From contig JAVRCJ020000011.1 of NCBI GenBank assembly GCA_034530875.2, forward strand, positions 128,001 through 192,000: 64,000 bases of DNA. The letters run 5' to 3'. The translations under genes and the position numbers were made by a program. Shown here in pieces: positions 1 through 7,978 of the stretch; position 1 is the stretch's first letter, and each line of letters starts with the position of its first letter. Source of the DNA: Nostoc sp. DedSLP01. Lineage in GTDB: Bacteria > Cyanobacteriota > Cyanobacteriia > Cyanobacteriales > Nostocaceae. The notes beneath the pieces were generated by a model that saw only the letters and a program-made list of their open reading frames with translations, had not been told where the DNA came from and ran no database searches.

Positions 1-1608
1 TTCAGAAGGAACGAAGGGTTCTTTGTCTCCCTTTTCCAAATCTTCTTTAATAAAATAACTTTGGGGAGATTGGTAATACTCCTCAAGATTGAATTGTTTC
101 GGGTTACCTGATTTATCTACTAAATTGGGTAACTTATAAAAATATTTCAGGGGTTCTCGTTGGATATTAACGTAAAGAGTGCCATCTTTTTCCCGTCCGG
201 TTCGATTGGCATTTCCCCCAATAATCAAAACACGAGCATCCGGTAATAAAACTGCCCCATTATGATAAAGTCTGGGCAATTTAGCAGGATTCATCGGTTT
301 AGTAATGTAACCCCCTATAGCTCTGGAATCGGGAGTCATTAACAAAGGTTCATAGACTGGCTTGTATTCTGGAAATTGACCGCCATTGACTACCAAAAGT
401 TCTTTAGTTGGCAGAATTACTGCTTGCAAGTTAGCTCTTGGCTTATCAAGAAAGTTATTCACAATTTCCCACTTGCCATTCTTTTCTCCACTCTTACGCG
501 GGGATGTCCAATGCTGTAGGCTAGTAGAAACTCTCGACCAGTTGGGAAAACCTGCTGTATTACCTCCTCGTCCATAATTGATGTCGTTGGTGCCGATGAT
601 ACCTCCGAGTAATAATACATCTTCAGAATTAGGAACTTGCACGGCAGTTCCATAAGCTTTAGATGGCTCTCCCCGGTCAGCTACTACTTCAAAACTGACG
701 GATAATTCACCTTCTGCGCTCTCACGAACAGACATTAAATAGCTTTTTTTACTGGACTGTGTGACTAAGACGCCACCGATTCCTGCGTCATCTCCAGTTA
801 TCAAAAGTTTGCCATCAGCAGTAGGAAAAACGCGAGGATAGAGGTCTATAGTATCGTAGGCATTAACATCTGTGAGTTTGGTATTGAAAGGACTGTTCTC
901 TACAGTTGTCAGGTCAATATAGTGGATTTTTTTGGTTTTAGGATCGTAGATTTCTAGACTGGGATTAACTTGGTTGGGAGACTCGTATTTTAGACCAGAA
1001 AATATAACTATTTTCCCATCGGCTAGTGAAACTAAAGTGGGATACCAACGTCCTTCTTTGAGTTGTCCGACAGCTGACCATTTACCTGTTTTCCAATCAT
1101 AAAGGTTGACCTGTCTAGAACCTGTAAAAGCTCCTCCAGGGTAGTATCTTCCAGTACCACCAACAAAAAGAACATTGCCATCGGCTAGTTGTAAATGACC
1201 GGAGCAAAATAAATCGTTGATTTCTCCATATTGCTGGACTGGTGGTGAAGCAATGCGTTCAAATTTTCCAGTTTCAGGATCTAAAAGACCGCTATTGTTG
1301 ATGACATTATAATCTGTGACATTGACTCCTTCTATAAAACTGGTTTCTTTATCGTTAAAAACTATGGTATTGCGAAAACTACTACCATTGACGCTCAAAA
1401 TTTTGCCATTGGGAAGGACTACAGTATGAACAGACTGCATCACATTTTCTTTAGGTGGAAGAGGGATAGTTTCCCATGCGCCCATTTCTTCTTCAGGACC
1501 GACTATTGTCTGGGCGATCGCCTGTTCCCAACCACATATACTAATAGCTAGAGCCAAAATAAAAGCCAAAAAAACTGATAGCAGCCGATGTTTATTAACT
1601 AGCATCAT
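1..1608 (-). CDS. Secreted copper-radical oxidase (galactose/glyoxal oxidase, AA5-like Kelch propeller); 3' end lies beyond the window edge
   Basis: Not in the ORF track because it has no stop in the window. Manual translation from ATG 1608 gives MMLVNKHRLLSVFLAFILALAISICGWEQAIAQ (signal peptide), DLFCSGH, GRWYPTLVSLADGK and LPRLYHNGAVLLPDARV, which carry the Cys-Tyr cofactor and Tyr-His Cu ligand motifs. Confidence 0.85.
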   Translation of the reverse strand, partial: MMLVNKHRLLSVFLAFILALAISICGWEQAIAQTIVGPEEEMGAWETIPLPPKENVMQSVHTVVLPNGKILSVNGSSFRNTIVFNDKETSFIEGVNVTDYNVINNSGLLDPETGKFERIASPPVQQYGEINDLFCSGHLQLADGNVLFVGGTGRYYPGGAFTGSRQVNLYDWKTGKWSAVGQLKEGRWYPTLVSLADGKIVIFSGLKYESPNQVNPSLEIYDPKTKKIHYIDLTTVENSPFNTKLTDVNAYDTIDLYPRVFPTADGKLLITGDDAGIGGVLVTQSSKKSYLMSVRESAEGELSVSFEVVADRGEPSKAYGTAVQVPNSEDVLLLGGIIGTNDINYGRGGNTAGFPNWSRVSTSLQHWTSPRKSGEKNGKWEIVNNFLDKPRANLQAVILPTKELLVVNGGQFPEYKPVYEPLLMTPDSRAIGGYITKPMNPAKLPRLYHNGAVLLPDARVLIIGGNANRTGREKDGTLYVNIQREPLKYFYKLPNLVDKSGNPKQFNLEEYYQSPQSYFIKEDLEKGDKEPFVPSE

Positions 1609-1743
1609 AATCGAAAAATTTGAAGCGCCTCTGGAAAATGAATTACACAAAATAGAAAAAGAGGTAAAGATAAAAAAATATTTTATTTTACCTCTTATGT
1701 TCCATGTACATGCCAAGGAGAGAGGAAAAGCGATCGCAGTTAT

Positions 1744-1860
1744 TAGACTTCTTGCAGAAGTAGGGAAAAGGGTAAGGGGGAAAGGGGAAAGGGATAAGAA
1801 AAAACCTTTTAATTTTTACCTTTGCCCCAAGAGTGCGAAAAGAGTTTTGCAAGAGGTCTA
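1744..1860. repeat. MITE-like element of about 117 bp with terminal inverted repeats
   Basis: TAGACTTCTTGCAGAA ... TTTTGCAAGAGGTCTA (14/16 inverted match), TA at both ends, internal purine/pyrimidine heptamer-like tracts. Confidence 0.6.
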
Positions 1861-1922
1861 CTGTCTAAATACTTGATAATTGCTCAATCGAGATAATTTT
1901 CTGCGATAATTAGATTAATTAC

Positions 1923-2930
1923 TTAACAGTAATATTTGATTTTTTCAATTTCTGTTTGAGTAATTTTGATGGCTTTGTCAGCAATATCGTAGGCACTCGG
2001 ATATTGATTTGGAGTATCTTCGCCAGGAATCCAAAACTTACGCCGAGTCAAACGCAGCGAGTTAATAAAAGCAGGAATGGCATTAAAAATTTCTACTGCG
2101 ATCGGGCCATTATAGACCTGTAAAATGGGTTCTAAAAATGATTGCCAATTAATCCAACTAGTATGAAGTGCGCCGCGATCGGGAGGAGAGACTTGTACGT
2201 AATGAAGCCTTTGCTGTTTGGCGAGAGATGACACTTGTCCTTTAAAAATCTCAGGGCCATCACCATCGAGATGTTCGTGAGCGCTATCAATTACTACTCC
2301 TACTTGTCTGCTCTCAACTCCATCCAAAAACTCAATTAATTGTGATAACTTATTAGGGCCAGGAGTTTCCCAATGAGTAATTGGTTCAATTGCTAATTTG
2401 ACATTTTGTTGTTCTGCGTATTGCCCTACCTCATTAAATATTTTTTGAGCATCACAATAACGAATTGCTAAATGTTCCTGAAGTTTATCGCTCCAAATTG
2501 GCTCATTAAAGTCAGTAGTAGGAAATACACTATAAGGAATGACAATCGGCCCCATGAGAATTTCACCCCTGAGTGCAGCTGTGATGTCAATCCGTGATTT
2601 GAGGTACTCTAGTGCTTCTTGTCTTTGTTCGGGATAGGGAGAACTTAAATCGAAGGTACGGGTAGTCCCAACATTAGTAGCAATTTTTACGTTTTCTAAG
2701 CCTTCAGAGTCTAGAAAATATCGTAAACTCGCATAATCTTCAACGTGTTTTTCGTAATTTTTGTCAAAATTAGCTGCGATCGGAAATTCAAAGCCCGTGT
2801 AACCAAACTTTTGCAGTTCTTTTATATGTGTTAGAACTGTTTGCCGAGATTCTGAATCAGTAGGGTTCAGATTAGTGGTAAACAAAAAGAAGCTAATGTA
2901 TATATCAGGCACAGATGATGAGTTGCTCAT
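1923..2930 (-). CDS. Sugar phosphate isomerase/epimerase (xylose-isomerase-like TIM barrel, D-tagatose 3-epimerase-like)
   Basis: LAIEPITHWE, IDSAHE, DRG and AVEIF motifs at the family metal/catalytic positions. Confidence 0.75.
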   Translation of the reverse strand: MSNSSSVPDIYISFFLFTTNLNPTDSESRQTVLTHIKELQKFGYTGFEFPIAANFDKNYEKHVEDYASLRYFLDSEGLENVKIATNVGTTRTFDLSSPYPEQRQEALEYLKSRIDITAALRGEILMGPIVIPYSVFPTTDFNEPIWSDKLQEHLAIRYCDAQKIFNEVGQYAEQQNVKLAIEPITHWETPGPNKLSQLIEFLDGVESRQVGVVIDSAHEHLDGDGPEIFKGQVSSLAKQQRLHYVQVSPPDRGALHTSWINWQSFLEPILQVYNGPIAVEIFNAIPAFINSLRLTRRKFWIPGEDTPNQYPSAYDIADKAIKITQTEIEKIKYYC

Positions 2931-3013
2931 ATTAAAATTTGTTTTGATTGCTGGTTAAATTCAAAAAGTACGAAGTTTAATTGATATATTCAAGAATTTG
3001 TAATCATTTAGTT

Positions 3014-3412
3014 TTACAAGGGTTTATTATTCCAAATTTGCCGACTAATTTTCCAGTCATGGTGTTCTTTTTTCATTAACCATAATGCTCGAAACTTGAC
3101 TTGCTTTGATGGACTACCATCTTTTGGGTGAACTGTGGCAACAGAAATTCCCATGACATAACCAAAATCGCCCATAACTTCGATTTCTTCAGCAGTGAAA
3201 ACTGGATCTATTTTGCTATTAGCAATCTGTTCGCTAAACCCTTCAATAATGTCAGGAATCCCAACGCGATCGCTGACATTCGGTGCCATCCATAGAGCAT
3301 CTTCTGTATACATCTCGCCGTAACCACACAAATCTTCAGATTTAACGTTAGCGGCATATACTTCTTCAAAGACAATTCTGATTTTTTCTTTATCGCTATC
3401 AATGTGCTTCAT
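3014..3412 (-). CDS. SnoaL/NTF2-like (DUF4440/YybH) protein
   Basis: 132 aa; YTEDALWMAP...G..DI and WKISRQIWN pattern typical of the fold. Confidence 0.75.
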   Translation of the reverse strand: MKHIDSDKEKIRIVFEEVYAANVKSEDLCGYGEMYTEDALWMAPNVSDRVGIPDIIEGFSEQIANSKIDPVFTAEEIEVMGDFGYVMGISVATVHPKDGSPSKQVKFRALWLMKKEHHDWKISRQIWNNKPL

Positions 3413-3483
3413 TGCTATTCTCCTTTAAAATAGTATTTATTTTTCTTCTTTTTCAATCACAATTACTCAGAAGAAATAAGCAG

Positions 3484-3609
3484 GTAGGTCAATTCAAAAT
3501 TCACAATTTCTAGCAACATTTAAGGTAGTTAGGACACTAACACAATGATAAAAAATACTTTTTTTTCCAGTCCCCAGTCCCTTGCTAGATGAATTTTGAA
3601 TTGACTTAC
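3484..3609. repeat. Intergenic inverted repeat / MITE-like element of about 126 bp
   Basis: GTAGGTCAATTCAAAATTCA (3484-3503) versus TGAATTTTGAATTGACTTAC (3590-3609), 19/20 inverted match. Confidence 0.65.
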
Positions 3610-3628
3610 TAATACTTGCTTAAATAGC

Positions 3629-4729
3629 TTATAAACCAGTCACATCGCGTAAATAAGTACGAGCTAAGAGCGCATTTTTCAAAGGATTGGTTTTGTTAGG
3701 ATCTTGTTCTGCTTCTACCATCAGCCATCCTTCATATTTGGCATTAGCAAGCTCATTTAAAATCGGTTTAAAATCAATTGCGCCTTCTTGAAAGTCACCT
3801 GGAACAGTAAAGATACCTTTTTTGATGGAATCTAAAAAGCTCCAACCATTTTTGACGGACTCATCTAAAATAGGCTGGCGAATGTTTTTGAGGTGAACGT
3901 GCTTGATGCGATCGCTATATTTCTTGGTCACTTCCAGAGGATCGACTCCTGCGTAGTACAAATGACCAGTATCCAGCAGCAAATTGACATATTCGCGATT
4001 GGTAGTTTTCATTAAGCGATCGATATCAGCCAAGTTTTCTACTCCTGTACCAATATGGGGATGATAGGAGATTTGGAAACCTTGCTCTTTTGCTAGGGAG
4101 CCAAGTTTATTTAATCCAGCTGCTAGATCCTCCCATTGCTTATCAGTAAACTTTGGTCTGTTAGGCAAAGGAGCAACTGGCTTTTGATGAACTGCACCAC
4201 CCAATTCGGCTACCACAATACTTTTGCTACCACCGATTTGTTTCATGAATTTCAACTGTTTGTTGAATTCTGCTAAAGTTTCATCATTCTTTCCTAGAGT
4301 GAATTCAGTTCCTACCCAAGGTTCCGAAATAGTCAATCTACGAAGTTTTAACTCTTTTTTCAAAACATCGATATCTTGCGGAAACTTAGGTGAGGTTTGC
4401 GAACCTTTGAAGCCAGATAGCGCCATTTCACTCATAATCTGCTCGTAACGGATAGGAGGATTGAGATCGATGCTAGTATCGTCACTATTGCTCCAACCCG
4501 TGGGTGTAATGCCCAAATAAACTTTGTCTGGATTGAATATAGGTTTTGTTGATAGAGGTGGAACCAAAGACACTAAAAATGAGTCTCGAGCCGATGAAGT
4601 TTTGTCGCTATTTGTAGCAGCAGTAGCGGGATAAATCAAGTAAGTCATCCCGAAAAATACTAATGCTACTAAGACAATGAATAAGCGACCAATAGATTTG
4701 AATTGCTGACGAATTGTAGATTTACTCAT
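3629..4729 (-). CDS. Myo-inosose-2 dehydratase (IolE)-like TIM barrel with N-terminal signal peptide
   Basis: GITPTGWSNSD, YHPHIGT, LLLDTGH, HVHLKN, GIFTVPGD and VEAEQDP motifs; hydrophobic N-terminus ending PATA-A. Confidence 0.8.
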   Translation of the reverse strand: MSKSTIRQQFKSIGRLFIVLVALVFFGMTYLIYPATAATNSDKTSSARDSFLVSLVPPLSTKPIFNPDKVYLGITPTGWSNSDDTSIDLNPPIRYEQIMSEMALSGFKGSQTSPKFPQDIDVLKKELKLRRLTISEPWVGTEFTLGKNDETLAEFNKQLKFMKQIGGSKSIVVAELGGAVHQKPVAPLPNRPKFTDKQWEDLAAGLNKLGSLAKEQGFQISYHPHIGTGVENLADIDRLMKTTNREYVNLLLDTGHLYYAGVDPLEVTKKYSDRIKHVHLKNIRQPILDESVKNGWSFLDSIKKGIFTVPGDFQEGAIDFKPILNELANAKYEGWLMVEAEQDPNKTNPLKNALLARTYLRDVTGL

Positions 4730-5249
4730 CTTACGTTTACCTTGTTGTTTTAACAGAAGCTTGCTTATGCCGAGCTATGTGAATCTGTTGGAGTTTTCTT
4801 AGGTTAATCTTGTGTTTCCAATGAGGAGTAATCAACTAAAAAAATCAAAGTTGATTCTCGCTCGTTCAAGTGAAGGAAACTATTCACTAGCGAATGATTT
4901 TGAGAAAACTTTCATTTTGCAGATTGAACTAATACTGCTGAAGTTACTAAAATTATCTAAACGTTTAGAATAACTTTAATTCCTCTTTTTGTCATCACTT
5001 AATACTTTAAGAAAAATTTCAGATCGTTTAAATCTAATTACTAATTTTCAAAATTTCAGTATTTAGTAAAAAGGAATAAATATATCTGAAAATAGTTTCT
5101 CTAACTAACCTTTTTGACCATTCAAAACATATCTTAAAATTATAATTTAGATAGAGATTTGGTTTCAATTTTTCAGAATATACGTTCTTGAGGGAAAAGT
5201 TGTAGGACAATTTTGGCGATGCCTAAACCTGCCCGATATGAATCTTTGC

Positions 5250-5362
5250 TAGGGCTGAGTATAGGGGTGTGGAGTGTAGGGAAAGACAGTTAATTTGTAA
5301 ATATTATTTCGTTTTTATTTCTTCCCTTACACCCTTACACCCAAATATACTAACTCACCCTA
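5250..5362. repeat. Imperfect inverted repeat built from GGGTGTA/TACACCC-type units
   Basis: GGGGTGTGGAGTGTAGGGAAAG ... CTTCCCTTACACCCTTACACCC, with TAGGG/CCCTA ends. Confidence 0.5.
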
Positions 5363-5414
5363 AATTTATTTGAATTTTCAGCTTTTCAAGTCACACAAAA
5401 GCAACATTCAGGTC

Positions 5415-6083
5415 TTACTGCAAAGCACCAAATTTACTAACATCTCCATTATAGGTAGTCCCATCAGGCATCAAAGCATTAAACAAATCTGCCCCAGATA
5501 GCTGAGTTCCTTTAAGAGTGGCTTGTGATAACTTTGTATTTCTCATATAGCTATTGGAAAAATCTGCTCCGGATAGAATAGCTCGAGAGAAAATTGCTGA
5601 CCTGAGCTTGGCATTTTTCCCGATCGCATTAGACAAATCTGCATCGGAGATAATGGCCTCTGTTAAATCTGCATCGCTTAAATCCGCGTTTAACAGCTTT
5701 GTATTACTCAAAAGAGCATTATATAAATCTGCACCAGCAAGTTTAGCCCCAGTTAAGTTAGCATTCGACCAGTCGGTTCCCATCGAGATAGCTCCCGATA
5801 GATTAGCTCCTGTTAGATTAGCTCCTTTGAATTTTGCGTCATTGAGCAGGGTGTTAGAGAGGTTGGCATTTGATAGATTAGCTCCATCGAGGGCGCTGCC
5901 ATATAAATCCTTATTTGACAGATCGGCTCCCGAAAGATCGCAACTAACACAAGCGTTTGTTGAAAGTAACTTTTCCAGATTCGCCCCAACGAAAGCGTGA
6001 GCGGGCAAACTAAAGATCGTTAAGCTAAGGAGAATCGCGAGGACAATAGTAGAGAGCCTACGAAATAAAGAAGTAATGCTCAT
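5415..6083 (-). CDS. Exported pentapeptide repeat protein
   Basis: A(D/N)LSG-type repeats, CVSCDL motif and signal peptide ending PAHA. Start moved to ATG 6083 because the longer ORF overlaps the upstream gene. Confidence 0.9.
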   Translation of the reverse strand: MSITSLFRRLSTIVLAILLSLTIFSLPAHAFVGANLEKLLSTNACVSCDLSGADLSNKDLYGSALDGANLSNANLSNTLLNDAKFKGANLTGANLSGAISMGTDWSNANLTGAKLAGADLYNALLSNTKLLNADLSDADLTEAIISDADLSNAIGKNAKLRSAIFSRAILSGADFSNSYMRNTKLSQATLKGTQLSGADLFNALMPDGTTYNGDVSKFGALQ

Positions 6084-6178
6084 GTTTGGCCTTAAAACTA
6101 GGAATTTTTGCAATTTTCTCAGAATCAAAAATGGGTGTTGTTTTAGAGATTGAGTGAGGCGATACCCAACAAGAGATA

Positions 6179-6661
6179 TTAGCCTTGAGCAAGGGTGACT
6201 AAAGGAGGTTCGCTCCAAGTTCCGTATCCTTGGCCTTTAGCACCGGGTGGGTTAACACCAATCGCAGTCCATAGAAGTCCTTCTGGATAGGCTTGCGGAC
6301 TGATAATAAAGGTGCCATCTTTCTCTTTGGTTCCATAAACATCCCGCCAGGCTTGTGGCAGTGTATACCAAGTAGCTACATACCAAACCTTGATGATATT
6401 GCGGGCGATGGGGCCAAATTTTTGAGATGCTAGGATTTGTGCGATCGCGTCGCGATCGTTTTCTTTTTTTTCAACTTCCAACTGATGAAAAGCTGTTAAC
6501 AGTTCTCCAAATATCTCTCCGCCAATAACGTCCCGAATGGTTTCAAAATAAAGATTAGCAAGACCTGTTCCTTGCAAGTTAAATTTGGAAAAGCCTGTCA
6601 GGACTACTGAAAGATTGAGGAAATAGTCCAAAAACTCAGGTGAATTAATATTAATAGCCAT
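6179..6661 (-). CDS. Small (gamma-like) subunit of an FAD-dependent sugar dehydrogenase (sorbitol/gluconate dehydrogenase small-subunit-like)
   Basis: FLNLSVVLTG, ARNIIKVWY and YPEGLLW...PPG..GYGTWSEPP motifs; sits in the GMC operon. Confidence 0.6.
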   Translation of the reverse strand: MAININSPEFLDYFLNLSVVLTGFSKFNLQGTGLANLYFETIRDVIGGEIFGELLTAFHQLEVEKKENDRDAIAQILASQKFGPIARNIIKVWYVATWYTLPQAWRDVYGTKEKDGTFIISPQAYPEGLLWTAIGVNPPGAKGQGYGTWSEPPLVTLAQG

Positions 6662-6714
6662 CAGTGATTTACCTCCACAAAAAGTTTAGATCCCCAAGTC
6701 AAAGTTAGCTAAGG

Positions 6715-7809
6715 CTAGTCCAACCGGAAAAGGGGAGCTGCATTAACCCCTGGGCTACCTGGAATGGGGTTACGCATTAAACTATTAGCCTGTTCTTTCA
6801 GGCGGAACATTCCCCCAACTGCGGGAATCAAATGCTCGGGATGTCCGTCAAAAGCATGTTGAATCTGCTTTAAGAAGTCACTATAGGCAGAGTGAAACTC
6901 TATGGCTGCTGTACGGACTTCTGAGCCTTCGGGATAATCGCTCAGTTTGGCATTTTCCTTAATTGGATAAACTGCGTTCCAATCTACCGTAAACTTTTTA
7001 CCTGTAGGCTCATTGGGGCGATCGGATTTTGCCGGATCGTCCTTGTCGATCGCATAATATTGCCCTAACAGTATTTGTTGAAAACGATAGTCATGGGCTA
7101 GTTCTCGTTCTGCATCATAAATGGTTTCGGTTCTCGATCCCTCACCCTGTTCTTGAATCACTTTTAAGGCTTTTATGGCTGAACGCAGATCGGTTACTGG
7201 GATGATATCTCCACCACCGTTATAGTAGTATGCAGGTGTAATTTGTCGCTGAGGATCGCCACAAAATAGAGCATTACCCTTCTCTTTATAGAGTGCATTC
7301 AGACCGCGAATGATCTCTGCATAAAATAAGCCAATGCTGTAGAAAGCCTTGGTCGGATCGTAGCCTATAACTTCCAACAAATATTCTTCAAGGCTTCGAG
7401 ATCCAACTAATGCTTGACCTTCTTCAACGTGTTCAGACCGTTCAATCTTACGAAAAGTCTCTACAGTCTCTTGGGAAAACTTGCCTAAACCTACTTTAAA
7501 ATCTGTAGAGCCTGTAGGTAAATAGCTAGGATATTTAGGAACAAAATCAGGTGCCGTCAGAACAGGTGAATCAAACGTTCCTCCCACTGCGTTATAAACA
7601 TTAGCCACCAGAGTTAGGTGTAGCATTTCTTCTATAGCAACCGCCCGGATTATATGGAAAGCTTCTAAATTATGTCCGGGTTTAATGGAGTACAGCGCCG
7701 TCATGTAGGGCGGAATAGTTGCATGTTCTATCCTCATAGCTTGTATGAGATAGTACTTCAAGCGATCGACCGTTGTAATCAAATTTAATCTATCGGAGAC
7801 TGTAGTCAT
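6715..7809 (-). CDS. Ferritin-like domain protein (VioB/RebD C-terminal type)
   Basis: AMRIEHATIPPYMTALYSIK, EEMLHL, IQEQGEG and ELAHDYRF motifs. Start ATG 7809 is preceded by a GGGAG SD. Confidence 0.8.
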   Translation of the reverse strand: MTTVSDRLNLITTVDRLKYYLIQAMRIEHATIPPYMTALYSIKPGHNLEAFHIIRAVAIEEMLHLTLVANVYNAVGGTFDSPVLTAPDFVPKYPSYLPTGSTDFKVGLGKFSQETVETFRKIERSEHVEEGQALVGSRSLEEYLLEVIGYDPTKAFYSIGLFYAEIIRGLNALYKEKGNALFCGDPQRQITPAYYYNGGGDIIPVTDLRSAIKALKVIQEQGEGSRTETIYDAERELAHDYRFQQILLGQYYAIDKDDPAKSDRPNEPTGKKFTVDWNAVYPIKENAKLSDYPEGSEVRTAAIEFHSAYSDFLKQIQHAFDGHPEHLIPAVGGMFRLKEQANSLMRNPIPGSPGVNAAPLFRLD

Positions 7810-7978
7810 AATGTCTACTCCCAATGTTTTTTCAACTGTGTAATAGGTACTAGGACTTATCATCAAATAGCCGTATAACCCTATCTAGGGCTGAAATTCA
7901 GCCCTAATAAAGTTTTGGATTAAAACCGCGCCCAAAGCCTTTTCCTTGATGGAGCGTCATCTTAATTGATGACACGCT

